Both the position numbers and the translations under genes were made by a program. A DNA stretch of 64,000 bases. Source: Octopus sinensis. Lineage: Eukaryota. Positions 34,866-48,895 of this stretch are shown here, one piece after another. The DNA lies in contig NC_043010.1 in assembly GCF_006345805.1 (NCBI RefSeq), positions 56,730,001 to 56,794,000 on the forward strand, read 5' to 3'. How positions within the stretch are numbered: position 1 is the first letter of the stretch; every line of letters starts with the position of its first letter. The notes below the pieces were generated by a model that did not search any database, was not told the origin of the DNA, and saw nothing but the letters and a program-made list of their open reading frames with translations.

Positions 34866-36194
34866 CAAGATACATTCCAGAAGTTTTGAGACTTTAGGAG
34901 AGGTCGTTATAGCTGTCCAAGATTATTGTAATTTTAGTATATTATTACTATACATCTAATAAGCTGACTTGCCAACCTTTGTTATTCCAGATTGAAAATT
35001 TGGCTGTAATAGCACTTTGGACACACCCTACTGAATACTGCTTGCTACAGCCTTCTCAATGTCTTTGAAACGACTGCCCCAGACATTCTCTTTCAGGTTG
35101 GGGAACAAAGAAAAGACTTAGGGAGCAAGGTCTGGACTGTTGGAAGGCTGAGGATAGTTTTCATACCCATCTCTGTCAAGTTGTTGGTTATCAGGATGCT
35201 TGTCACTGAGCACCCTGGCAACAAACGTTGCACAAATTTTGCACATGTTTAGATCTCTATGAATAAATCTGTGTACAGTTGCCACATTAACTACAAACTG
35301 TAAGTTTACTGTCTTCATAGACACAAAACAGTCTTCATCTAGAAAATTGCAAATTTTCTTGACCAACTCTGATGTTCTGTTCTCCCTCTCTCTCCCACCC
35401 GGCTCATAGTCTCATACCTCCTCACCACTGTTTTTTGAACCTCTTTTGTGCTTGCATGAACACATGAACACAAACATGGATGCTCACTAAAGCCTTGAAA
35501 AAGCAGTTGGATGGTTGTTATATGAGGATGTTTAGAATGGCACTTTTAATGTCTCCTGGAAGAGTCATACACCAAACACCGACTCATTCCAGGGACTACC
35601 AAAAGTAACATTGAAGATGCAGCATAGAAGGATGAGGTTAGCTGGACACTGCATCAGACACACCGATGAAATTGCTAACAAGCTAGTGCTCTGGAAACCA
35701 ATAGAAGGAAGAACCAGGAGAGGAAGGAGGAAGCCGACCTGCATTGACAACTTGCTGGAGAATACTGGTACGGAAGGGGTACAGGCGCTGAGGACCATTA
35801 TGGAAGATCAAGATGAAAGGGGAAATGTGTGGAAAGTCTTGGGGTGTCCTGACGGACGACCTAGATAGAGATAGGTTGATTGTACTAGCAAAAAAAGTTA
35901 AACCATAAGCAATATGGTGCCTTTCATAAGTTTCTGTTGCATTTTTTCTCACTTTAATACAAAACTCTATTGCATAGTCAGCTACTAAATACTCTGACAG
36001 CATTCTGCAGACTAGTTAGCTATGACAAGCAGTGTTAAGTAGGGCATGTTCGAAGTGCTGTTACAGCCATCTCCTTCAATGTGGAATAACAAAAATTGGC
36101 AGGTCTGCTTATTAGATATATAGTAATAATATACTAAAATTATAATAATCTGTGTCTCTCCTAAAAAGTCTCGAAACTTCTGGAATGCCCCTCT
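34866..36194 (-). mobile_element. Internally deleted mariner with long (~180-bp) TIRs and TA target duplication
   Basis: 34866-35051 is approximately the reverse complement of 36019-36194; TA at 34864-65 and 36195-96; remnants AIEFCIKVRKNATETY, TVHRFIHRDLNMCKICATFV, SNSPDLAP. Confidence 0.85.
35470..35875 (+). mobile_element. 3' fragment of a different RTE-clade family nested in the mariner
   Basis: LTKALKKQLDGCYMRM; RRMRLAGHCIRH..ANKLVLWKP..GRTRRGR; no PHD-family UTR. Confidence 0.8.
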
Positions 36195-36199
36195 TATGA

Positions 36200-37075
36200 T
36201 CTGATAGTTTGGAGCAGCAGAATCTACTGTAATGGAGGTAGAAAAGACACAGAAGAAACAGCATGTGTATGGGTCAGAGGCAGGAGTATGCTTGTGAGTG
36301 CCAGTTAGTTGAGTGGCCTTTCTCTGGATGTGGTTTAGGATGTTTGTGTATGTGGTAGTAGCATGGTCTCAGCTGTGCAAGCAGTTCTCCTTTCTCAATT
36401 TAGCCTTAGCTTTGTAGAACCTTAGTAATTGTTGTGGAGTGAAGGGAAGGACCAGTTTTTGATATGTGGTCCTAGCTAAACATTCTAAGGTCATGTGTTC
36501 ACCATAGGAGATCCTCAGTGACAGTAAGGCCTATCGTTTGAAATAATCACAAATGGCAATAATGATGTGCTGCTAATGTTGAAATAGAATGAGGTGTAGT
36601 GATATCTTTTTGGTATGAAGAGTAGTACAAGGCCAACATGACACCATTGCAAGATGCTTTTGAGGTGTTTGTTAATGATGTCTGTGAAGATGTGGTATGG
36701 GATGTCTAGATTGCATGTGGATGACATGTGGGGAAGTTTTGAGAAGAATAGAAAGTGGTATCTTCTGTGTAACAGTAGCCATTGCAAAACTTAATGCAAG
36801 TAGATCAGTAATGTATAGGAAGAAAACTAAACCCTGGGGTACACCAGAGTTGATAGAGTGAATGTCAATGAAAGTTCCAAAACAGGCTGCAATAATGTGA
36901 TTTGATGTATCTGAAGATTAGAGCTCTTAGATTATCAGTTTTGATGGGAGATTCACATGCAGATTGCTTTACTGATGTTGAGGTCAAAGGTACTGCTTTT
37001 ACTGAATTTCTCAGGGGCAAGAGACCACTGATGAGTGATATAGAGAAAAGGTCACCACTATATCTAACTTTATGA
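36200..37075 (-). pseudogene. Decayed LINE RT (CR1/Jockey-group)
   Basis: Minus strand GVPQG-like motif, LTVTEDLLW, FTPQQLLRFYKAK, ILNHIQRKA. Confidence 0.6.
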
Positions 37076-37113
37076 AAGCTGTTTTAGAAGGGGAAGTATT
37101 GAGAAGGGAGAGA

Positions 37114-37180
<67 letters not shown>

Positions 37181-38860
37181 TAGAACATCATTGTTTGTGG
37201 CTTTCCCTTCTAAGGTATTACAAACTGGCAGGTTTAGAGGGGTTGCTTTTCTTTAGAACGGAGCATATATTTCTGAAGATTGGGGTCTCTCCCTGGAGAA
37301 AGAGAGATTTTGGAGAATTTTTTAAAACAAACTTTATCTTGTCGGAAACAGTGGAATTCATGATATTGTTTTGACTATAAACAAACTGTTGTTTTTATGG
37401 TTGATCAATATTGTTTAATAATCACTGTTATAGATACTTGCAAAAGAAATATGATTATTGCAATATGTAAACTATTATAGTCACTATAAATGGATAAAAT
37501 AACTAATATGATATAAATATGAAATTGGAAAATAGCAAGCTTATTATCAAGTTAACTGTGAAGAATGACTGTAAATTTAATGTTTAATATCGATATATGG
37601 CAAATAACTTCTCTTGCAGAAACTACATTTAGATTGAATATTAATCTTGTGTGATGGATATGTGTGTATGTGTATAACATTTCATTTTATGGTATGGTGT
37701 GTGTATGCGTATATGCATATGTGTGGTATGTGACTGATGTAGAGAGAAATAGTTAATCTAGTATTTGGTTCATGCTTTAAGGTTGGACAATTTTATGAAT
37801 ATTTTCCAATAAGCCAAACTTCTATACTGAAAAGTAACTCTTTGTTGTTGACACTCCATTTTTATAGGTATTTAGGACTATTGTAATAATGTTTTAATGT
37901 TGATGAAAGCATGGAAATTGGTCAGTGAAGTAATATCAAATCTCTGTCACACACCTTCAATTAAATGATCTTAGATGGTTTGTCTTTCAAATTTTTTTTC
38001 TTAAAAGTCAAACCTAATCAATAAAACAGTTATTTCTTTAATATTTTCCCAGCAACATTATGTGACATCAATCTTCTTGGTGGGTATATGTATACGTGAA
38101 ATAACATTTATAAAGATTATCTGGATCTTTATAGAATAATGTAGCGATATGAATTTAAGGTGTTCTTGTGTGACAAATTGGCAAAAATTCTTATATTTGA
38201 AATATTCTAATTAAATGTGAAAAGATTTCATTTGGAAAGTTTAATTTAATGAATGTTGATACTTTTACATTTAGATAAAAGAGGTTCTTTTTGATGCGGG
38301 TTTTCTTTGCTTTGAAATAATACTATTTTTCAGACCTCTGGAATTCTAGGTGCAATTATATATTTTAGTCTACATCACATCTACTTGCCCTAGGTTTACC
38401 ACACACTATATATATATTACCTATATGGATAGATTTAATGTTATAAAGTGTTATTGTAACTCTATAGTTGATTTACTTATGTTTAATTTTAAAATATTGG
38501 ACAAAACTTTTTTGTTGTGTATTTTTTATTGGTGTTTCGCAGTTGTCATATTGTGAAGGTTAACCTGTAGTGCGACAACAAAAATATATTCCATAGATTT
38601 AAACAGTATCAAAATAATTAAAAGATTGAATGTGTGTTTGAGATGATAATTGTTTTACTGTAGTAGAATGTTGGTAGGCTTTGATACCATTTAGTAAAAT
38701 GATATAGTTTTGAGGGTTAGTAAAGCAGTTGCCTTAAACTATTAGGAAAACATTAAATGACAAACAGTTTTAAAAGAATAAAGTTCTTACTTTTCTCTGG
38801 TATAGAGAAGATGACTTGAGATTAAAGATGGTAAAGTTTCACTGTTGGTCACAAACAAAC

Positions 38861-38910
38861 TAGCCAATGGAGCTACAAAATTTGGGTCATGGATTGAATG
38901 CGCACGCGCA
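38861..38910. promoter_or_regulatory. Candidate promoter motif pair: CCAAT box plus NRF1-type palindrome
   Basis: tagccaatgg (38861-38870) and TGCGCACGCGCA (38899-38910) in CpG-poor, repeat-poor sequence; motif match only. Confidence 0.3.
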
Positions 38911-39480
38911 TAAATGTTGGAGAATGAAATTCTGCAAAGCTTATACTATTTTCTATTTTCTCTTATCAACAATTATATTCTTTAAATTATAAAAATTAGT
39001 TGTTTGCGTATTTTACTTATGTTAATCTGCGTTTCAGGCAAGCCACTCTGGACGTTTCCTTTCAACAAAGTTTGTCGATACTATTGAAGCTCATTTGATA
39101 AGATTCTAATTTCTCAATAACTTTCTCCTTTACAAGAGAAAAATCATTCAAAATGAAAATTAAGGATAAATCTATTTCTTTTTAACATTAAATCTTGATT
39201 GAAAACCTCATTTCAGTCTTGTTGACATTTGGTAAGAAACCCACCTTCACACTCATAAACATAAATACATAGCTGAAGAACATGATTGAAGTTTATCACG
39301 CAAGTAATGACCGTATGTCATTTTTAAAGCTTATTTCAGTATAGATGGATTCTTTCTTACCTGAAATATTTCTGGATATCTAGAAAAATACAGTATAACT
39401 TTTGTACTCCTGGTTGTTTTATACATATATACATACACACGCTAACACCCACCAAATAGATATATATATATATATATATG

Positions 39481-39523
<43 letters not shown>

Positions 39524-40552
39524 GTATATATTTATATATATATATATATATACATATGCATACTTAGGTTTTGTTTCAGTGTATAATTAAGAAAATTATT
39601 CTCTATAAAATAATTTTTGTCTTTTCAGGAATCAATGTTCCTAGAATTCAAGAAAATAATTCCGTGTTCGGTATAGTTGTTATATATGGTATTCCGTTTG
39701 TGCCAGTTGCTTAATGATTATTTTGTTAAACTTTTTGAATCGGTGCAAGTACCCTGTTAGTATTTTCTTAATTAAATGCAAGATTGTAAGAAACAGTTTT
39801 GTGTTACACCTCTAAACACAGCCATGTTATCTGTGTATGCGCATGTCTGTCTAAACTTGCAAATGTCTACATACAACTAAGAGATACTGTAGTCAATGAT
39901 GTTTTCAATGATGAGGCTTGATTGGCCTTCTCCTATCCCTTTGATAACAAAGTTAAATTTCTCACGAACACTAAGTAATTACAAACCTATCCTTGTACAT
40001 TTCCATGTGAAACATTTGCATATATATATATATATACATACATACATATGGCCACACTCACGCATATACACAACAGATATGTATATATACAGTGTGCCAT
40101 TTGTATGCATGCGTGCGCATCTATATATACATTTATAAACATATGTGCACCTATTCTTGCATATGTATGCTGGATTGTACTTCAAATATCTATATTAAAA
40201 TATATTTTTAATTAGTTCTCAATTAGTTGTTCCTTTATAAATTATATGACTGTTCGCATAAAGTACTTTATATTTGAACTTAAATTATTAAAGTACGGTT
40301 TCATTTAATTTGGATTGGTATTATAAGTTTAAAGTTTATATGAGGAAACTGTTTACGGTTTGTTTTTAATTTCATTACTAAACTATACAGCTTCAGGTTT
40401 TGATCTGCAAATCATATATTAAATCATTTCAAATAGAATGAGTGCCTCTTTCAGATGAAAACATTCTCAACAAGACAGGAAAATAAAACACATCAAAGTT
40501 TAGAAAATAAGTTTAAGAAATGTTACTAATGTCCAAAACGTATAGTTGAATT

Positions 40553-40615
40553 TTACTACTACTACTACTACAACTACTACAACTACTGCTACTGCTGCTG
40601 CTGCTGCTGCTGCTG

Positions 40616-40666
<51 letters not shown>

Positions 40667-40690
40667 TTACTATTACTAAATAATACTATT
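40553..40690. repeat. Compound triplet microsatellite (TAC)n(TGC)n(TAC)n
   Basis: Directly visible; produces the poly-Ser ORF 40513-40698. Confidence 0.95.
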
Positions 40691-43589
40691 ACTTGCATAA
40701 ATATTTATTTACTCAGACACACCTTTGTTTATACAATTAATCTTGGTATTTTTAGGCAGATAAAAAGAATGTCAAAGTTATATGGAGTAATATTTAATTT
40801 TAGTTGCAACAACTTAATGTCTAGTTCTAAGCCAAAATATAACTTATATGCTGGTTAGTCGGATTCTATAGTGGTTAAACTTGAAAACTTTTCGAATCTA
40901 GCCTGTAGTGAATAGATTAAAACAACTGGGGAAAAAAGCCCAATGAAAGTATCACTACATATTTGCTTTAAACATTGAAAAAATTCTGTTGACCTTCCAC
41001 TCTTCTATAAGGGTTAAGCTGTTACATCATAATGTGTTTTTCCTATGTTGGGATGTTGTTACTCTCCTCTTTCTCTTTCTTATTCCTATAATTGATAGTC
41101 TCTTTGCCTGCTTGCTTTTTATGTACTCAGTGCAGTATGAGTGTAGACTGACATCTGCAACAGGTTATGCTGTCCCCAAACACACAGACAAGCAGTGAAT
41201 AGGCACATACTTCATTTATATGTGCATGTGTGTGTGTGTGTTTGTGCGTGCGTGTGTGTGTATGCGTGCGTGCGCATGTCTGTTAAAGTCAGACTGCAAA
41301 TTTCTCTTGTTTACCTTAATTGTTCCCTTTTCTTGCCAAGTTTATGATGTAATATAAACTGTCAGCTTATGTGGAAATAGATCTTTACATACATGATATA
41401 CATATAAACCACACACACACACACAGTTTTCAACTACATTACATCAATTATGTTCTATTTAAAAATATTACTTCCTTACCGCTGTCTTTCTTTCTTTCCT
41501 TCCTTCAGCCTTTCTGTCCTTTCTTTCTTTCGGTGGGTATTACAGTTTTAATAACTAATTGCACCTTTATATATAAATCATGGATTTGTCCTACCAATAC
41601 TTAATTATACCGAAAGAATTAAACGTGTTTGATTGTAAATTTCATTTGTTGCTTTCTTGTTACTTCTTAACAGTTTCTCAAACTATAACTATTTTAAGTA
41701 TTTCGGTAATAGTAAAAGTTGCTGTAAGCTAAACATAACTAAATGGTGTAAGTAGTTTTATTAATTAATGCATTTTAACGGCAAGTATAAATTCATTTCA
41801 ACATACGTGACACACTTCTTCATTCAGATTACATAAAATAAATTTCATTTCAAAATATAATAATAGTTGTGTTCTAAAAATCTTTCCGGCACTCCTTTTT
41901 CTTCCCTTTATGAAGATATATGCGCTATTTAGGTTAACTCTTAACACTACTTACTCTACTGCACTTTTGTTTACACATACTACTAGTTAGAATTAGTGCA
42001 AGGTCATCATGACCTATGTTCTTGGAAATAATCTCTTTCTCCGCTCTCTTGTTTGCATTGTTTACATATGTGGGTGTAATGTCACTTTGACATGAGGCTC
42101 TGCTGGAGGAGATGTGCTGCTCCATTAAATTTATTACACTGCTTATATGCATGTGATTAGTGTTTTATAACAAGGTTTATTTATATAATATCTGCGTGCT
42201 ATACTTTTGTTTGTTGTTGTAACGACATTACGATAAATACATCTAAAATAATTTTGCATGCCTCTTGTCCTGTGAAATAATTGGGCTGTTGAATATCTAA
42301 AACAAAATGTTGGCTCCCCTTTCTTTTTGGAGTCTTTTTTCTGCTTATTTTTTCACTATAAATTCAGAGATTAAGAGAAAGTGTGGCAAATGTTATGGAA
42401 CTATATGATAAATGCTGTAAAATAAGTTTAAAATTTAAGATTTTTAAGATTACTATGAAATCTTTGTGTTCATATATTTTTATAGCCGGTGTAAGTTTGT
42501 GTTCATAATAAGTGTATACCAGCTGTTAGCATCGGAAAAAAATTTAATTTCTAAATGATATATAATTTGATTTTTTAATGTGAACATAACAGTGAGGGTT
42601 TTAATGAGATTGTTTTAATTTCTTCCGATAAACAGACTATTATTTTGTTATGTACTGAATTGCCAAAAGTACTTGTACTTACAGGATATTCAGGTAAATT
42701 TTGCTTCAGTGTTTTGTGATTTAATTTCTTGAGTGGAATTTCTAGTCATCTTTGTTTTGTTACCAACATGCAAGTGGGGAAAACCCTGTACAATCAGATA
42801 TTCCCTTTATCATATATGTATTCATAGAGGGCGTGTAGTCATGTGATCATAGGGAATTCCGTAAATTTCATCGGACATTTTAGCAGTTTATTTTCCAAGA
42901 AGCTTCATCTCTATCATTTGATTTATTGCTTACATTTCCTGGATATTTTTCTTTTAGTGAAAAAACCCCCATTATTTTACCCCGTAAAGTAAAAATCAAA
43001 CTTATTTTGTTCTTAAAAACTGGCAAAGGTTGACTGAAAATACTAAGTTTTCTACACAGCTTTTAAAAACAAAATCCATGTGATGCAACTAATCTTCTCT
43101 TATTTTGTTTATTAGTTTATTTAATGAAATGTAATTATAGAATTAAATGACAAAATAATCTGCCAAATGACGTAGAAAAAAAATACTTAAGGAATAGATT
43201 TTTTTTGCTTTCGCATTGATATTGTTGAGCCAACAATTTTTATATGTAAAACTACTACGTGAACATTTACCATATCTTGCAATGTAGTACAACATATATA
43301 ATAACTGGGTAGAAAGATTGGTGTGTAACTTAGTAATTTTAATGTTTTTATTCTTTGTTGTTTTAATTTAATGTTTGCTAAACAGATTCAGTATTATTAT
43401 AAGTTGAAATTGTGTAGTTTCTTGTACAATTATTTCATTATTGTTTTCTTTCCTCTTTACATTCTATGTTATTTTTGTAGAATTTTCCTACTGTTTCCTT
43501 GGTTTCAAAATCATTGATGAAGCTATTCCTCATATGTAAATATATATCTTTACATCTTGCATAAGTTGCAACCCCAAATGGTTTACAAG

Positions 43590-45255
43590 TAGCTGTGTGA
43601 CTGCTGTACACACAGAAAACATGGGCTACACTTCTAGCAGGAAGTCAGCCACCATCACTAGCTGGGATATATTCATTTACAAACACTAATTATGCATTAT
43701 AACCATCTGGGGAGAAAATATGTCTGTCTTTGAATAATGTAATGGCTGCATGCGCTTGGCCATTACCACTTGTATCCAACATTTTGGTTCCCTATGAAAA
43801 GGCCCAGTATATCATATTTATATGCAGTGGCCTTTGCACAGTGACTGATTCTAAACAGCCCACACTATCGTATATCTCTTTTCCTCTTCCTTGTATACAT
43901 CAACATGACCTCTGAAAATCTAGTTTCACTGGGGAACTTTTCGCATATCTTCCTCACTTGTACTCTTTTGACATTCAGAACTGTTGTTCTTGATGTTAAC
44001 ACAACCTTGTTATGTCTGGTTATAGAATCTCCTTGATAAACTTTGTTAATTGTAACTTCTATTTTAAAAGGTTTCACATAGGACACTTTGGATTCTCAAT
44101 CATCTCAAAAGAGTTGCATTCTTTATTGACTCTGCTACATTCGTCCGTCTCTCCAACAATGACCTAGTCACAATCACTCCTTTTGTTTAGACTCTTCTGC
44201 ACACCCCTTTTCCTACATAAACCTAAAATCTAAGTGAATACATCTCATCAAAATTAACTGGTGATACAGTTTCCTCTCAAATCAGGTCATTTATCCATAA
44301 CTGCTGTGTGTTTTCATCTTTGTTGATCTCCATCAACTCTCAAAACTCTTCCCCCTTTTCTTTAGTGACCATGTTTATTTTGAATTGCATTTTATATTAA
44401 AACTCTTTATATTAGACTTTTAGTATTAATTCTCTTTAACGATTCCCCCACCTTTACTACTCTCTAAATATGTTACATTTCCCTTATATGTGAATGCTAT
44501 ACAACTAATTCCCTTGAAATTAATTCAAAGGATGGGTTTCACAATCTTCTATGTTCTCTCATCTCATCCTCACATATTTAATACTGAGAAAACTGCATCC
44601 CAAACAACTTCCAATCACTTGTTAACCTTCTATAAAGACCAAGTGTGATCCACATTAGAATATTGATGCTCATATTATGGGACCATGCTGCAGTTGACAC
44701 ACACACACGCATCCTAGACAGCATTTGGGTCATTAGTGAAAGCTCACTCATCAATATAGCTTATCTTAGTATTGTGTCTATATCTCAATCTTGGTATCAC
44801 TTTAAACGTAGGCCTCTTCTGAACACATGTTTTGCCTAAGGTGATTTACTTTCAAAGGGGAGAGAATCTCTTCTAGGTTAAATTCCTTTACATTGAAGGA
44901 TATGTATATTTAATTTTTAGTTCTTAATATCTTTTTCATATATCTACAAAAACGTTAAGTTCTTACTACTAAAATGACCTGTTTCTCTGAAACATCATAG
45001 CCACTACCTCTGAAATCCAGGTCCACCCTGCACTAAGCACTTTCCCAATCATTCTTTTCTAAATCTGCAACCCTCTGATATTACTTCCTTGCTCATATTT
45101 TTCTTATACAAATTCAATCTGTACAAGTAGAAACATTAGCTACAATGATCTCACTAGAATTCTTGTGAAAGTTACAGCTGTTGCCCTTCTTCACATTCTT
45201 AATAGTAATTTCTAATCTAGCCACAAGGCCTGATATTTTGGAGGTGGTGTTTGTT
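43590..45255 (-). mobile_element. Highly decayed Ty3/Gypsy pol relic
   Basis: Faint integrase-like (KVVL..RTTVLNV; DSVGCLESVT) and RNase H-like remnants on the minus strand; many stops. Confidence 0.4.
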
Positions 45256-45261
45256 GATTTA

Positions 45262-45817
45262 CCCTTTAGCATTCAGTTTACTTTGTCTAATGCAAGGGTT
45301 GGCGAACCAGTTTAAATTACCTCATGTGGGGTAAAAATGAAACTCTTGGGAGTAATGAGGACTCATTAAACATACATAAAATTATATAAAAAACGTGTTC
45401 CTAGTTCCAACAGAAATTTTTCTTCTGGCAACATTGCATCTGTCCAATGTAATGGATGTGTAAATAGATTCAGATAAATAGAATCAATGAAACAGATTAA
45501 ATAAACCTTTTAAATTTAAAGAATCTATGATTATATTCCTTTCAAATCAATGGGACATAAATAGATATATTTTGGGGTAATTGGTAAAAAAAAAAAAGTT
45601 CCCTGACCCCACCCCCCGGTCTAATGTAATGCATTTTTTTATTTGCACTGAATTGAATTAACCATTCATTATCTTGTAGCTTTGAGATTTTGATGATGTG
45701 ATTGTTTACTTTTAAAATGACATTGTAGGTTGGGTGTGAGAGGCCAGATATGGCTAGTTTGAACATAAAATAGGTAGAATATTTGGACCAGATATGGCCA
45801 GTTTAAATGCTAAAGGA
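45262..45817. mobile_element. piggyBac-type MITE (TTAA target) interrupted by a hAT-like insert
   Basis: ttta|ccctttagcatt ... aatgctaaagga|ttaa. Confidence 0.75.
45293..45618. mobile_element. hAT-like non-autonomous element with 8-bp target duplication
   Basis: gtctaatg at 45285-45292 and 45619-45626; left end caagggttggcgaacc. Confidence 0.7.
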
Positions 45818-48279
45818 TTAAATTGATCCCAATATTTTGTTTTATTGATCACAGTTGGATGAAAGGCAAAATTGATCTCAGTGGGATTTGTTCAAAATTC
45901 TAATAAGTCTGCCAATCCATTGCCCTTTTTGCTTTTAAATGATGATAATAATCTTTTTTATAAAATCTCCTTTTCCCTGAAAGTCCTCAATCTTAATTGG
46001 ACTTGGCCTGTAAAATTCAAAGTGAATGTTAACCCTACCAATTCCTTCTGGGACACTACTACTGCTGCTCCTCTTCCTTTTAAGATGCCAAATGGAAAAT
46101 ACTTTAGTCCTGAGCAATAGCTAACTCTGCACAGACTAAATGTAAGCTACACTATTGTTACACTCTGTAACTATTTGTTCACTGTTATAATAGTTGGTCT
46201 GTGTAACACTTCATTTGGCCACCTCTACTCATATCTTAATGTTTGCTCTATTAAACTCTTCCCACTTGTCTGATGGACACTCTTAATGATTCATGGTCAT
46301 CGTTAGGACAAGTCTGTGATATAATTATGTTATACTGCTGAAATGGTTGTTGTAAGCTGCTGTGTTTTTTGTCACTTAAGCTTGATGTCTCTTATTTGTT
46401 TATCACTTAACAAATCTGGAATGGAAGGAGATTATTGAAAGGTAAGTTGGGAAAGGAGATAAATTATGATTAGATTATTGAATGTCAGTTTAAACCATTT
46501 ATAAAATAGTAATTTTTTCATTGGTCATACATTGTTTACTCAACTTTCAGATTGTATTTTAGGAATGGCGGAAATGGGGAGAGTGAGAGGAAAGAAAAGA
46601 AGGAGGCTATGACACACTAACAGTGAGTTGAGTGCAAGTCAAGCTGACATTGCTGTGACATAGAATGACTATTGGGGAAAGTCCTGTAATTCAGAAATCC
46701 CAATTAAAAAGCATTTTTTGATTGAATTTCAATTCAATATTTAAATGGTTGATGCAAGAGGAAATAAATATTTCTTTAAACTTGTTTTCTGATAAATTGT
46801 CTGTCTTTTTTTCCACAATGATAAATACCTGCAAAGATAGTGTAATTGATCTATTTTAGTCATTAACTTTGAAATATTCCTTTAAAATGGTCAAGTTATA
46901 TTCAGAATAATAAAGAAATATTGACTTACTCCTTATCAAAAGTTATAGCGTTGTTGACAAATATACCCATTTTTCTTCCAACTCTGAGATCTCATTTCTG
47001 TTTTAACATTGAATAGTATTTTATTCATTTCTATTTCAATATTTTTTTGCTGTTCATTACTATATGAGCTAACTTTGGTCCTGTGGATACTCTTTAGAAT
47101 TAATGGGAGACAAAATCACTTCTTCAAAAATAAAAGAAAATTTAAAGAGGGAAATGAAAATAGTGTTGGTATTAATTGAAAGATGCTTGTAGTATTTGAT
47201 AAGGAGTTGAATTTCAGATATGGAAAGGTCAGTATGAAAAGTTATTAAATATAGAGTAATTGTCTTTGTTCAGTCCCTTAGAGCAAAGTCTGGTTACAAA
47301 CATATGTCAGTGAAGTTATATTGTCATATGATGTTGCTTATATGAAGAGTTTTAATATTATTTATTCATTACCTTCATAGAGATGAAGGTAATCAGAGAT
47401 GCCTTGCTTCAAATAACATTTTCAGCCATATCATTTCTGAAAATTTTCAATTCTGAGTTAGGTTGATATAAATGAAATTTGGTTTGATTTTATCCTTGGT
47501 ATCATTCATATGCTGTGATAGATGACCATTTTTGAGATGGAAGAATACAAAAAATATTTTAGATCTGTACTTAGAGGATCTGATCCTTCTGGAGTGGGAG
47601 TAAAAGTTGATTGGCTGAGTCGATTGTTATGGCAGTTCATATGTCTTTAGAGCTTTAAGAGCTGCTTTAGACTTTGGTTGTGCTAATGGCTGGAACTATT
47701 GATCAGAGAGCAATGGCCTTTAATGAAAAGCACCTTGAGTCAATGTCATTAGATATAATACTAAATGGTTGTAGTTCCATTTAGTACCATATCTAAATAG
47801 TTGTAGAAATGGAGAGGCAGTAATTAAAAGCTGACTATTTAAACAATGTTTTAGCTTGAAAGATTAACTGAAACAGGACCAGTCTTTCCCTGAGTGATGT
47901 GGTTAAATTTTGCTGGGCAGTTGTCATTAACTTGGGTAGTCACACCACTTTGGGGGTTTTGTGAGCTCACAAGTGAGTGGCAACTGTCAAGGGTGTCATG
48001 ATTATTCTTAGAAATAAAATGTTTGCTTGGATTAGAATACGAGTTGGACATTGCGTTAATGGAGATATAACGTTATGTCTTTTGGAGGGAAGAAGAAAGT
48101 TGTTGTTGTGTCCTTCCTCATAGCTGGTTGTGAAAAAGTTCAGCATAGTGGCACAGGTATTAGCTAAACAGTGAAGTAGATGATAAAATATGTAAAACAG
48201 AATGCTTGTTGCTCTGTTTGCTAAATATTAAATATGATAGTTTTAAATTAGCAAAATTTCATCAACTCTAAGGCACAAT

Positions 48280-48895
48280 TCATCATCATCATCATCATCA
48301 TCTAGCATCTGTTTTCCATGCTAAAATGGGTAAGACGGTTTGACTGGAGCTGGTAAGCCAGAGCGCTGCACTGGGCTCCTGTCTGTTTTGGCTTGGTTTC
48401 TACTGCGGGATGCTCTTTCTAATGCCAATCACTCCACAGAGTGTACAGGGTGCCTTTTATGTGTCACTGGCACTGGACATGACCACAATTTCACTTAACT
48501 TGACGTATCTTCTCAAGCACAGAAAATTGCCAAAGGTCTTGATCACTTGTCATCACCTCTGTGAGATTCACCATCTGAAAATCATACTTCACCACCTTGT
48601 CCTATATCTTTCCGGGTCTACCTCTTCCACAGGCTCCCTTCACAATTGGAGACTGGCATTTTTTTATGCAGCTGTCCTCTTCTATATGCATCACATGAAC
48701 ATACCAGCTCAGTCTTCTCTTTGGTACACCACATCTGATATCTCTTATGTCTAATTTTTCTCTCAAGATGCTTACACTGACATTGCACATCCAGCAGAGC
48801 ATACTAGCTTCATTTGTTTCCAGCCTTTGCATGTCCTCTGCAGTCACAGCCCATGTTTCACTGCCACAAAGCATGGCTGTTCACACACAGGCATC
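48280..48895 (-). mobile_element. 5'-truncated RTE LINE
   Basis: (CAT)n tail; ORF 48602-48874 (GSETWAVTAEDMQRLE..GRGRPGK). Confidence 0.9.
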
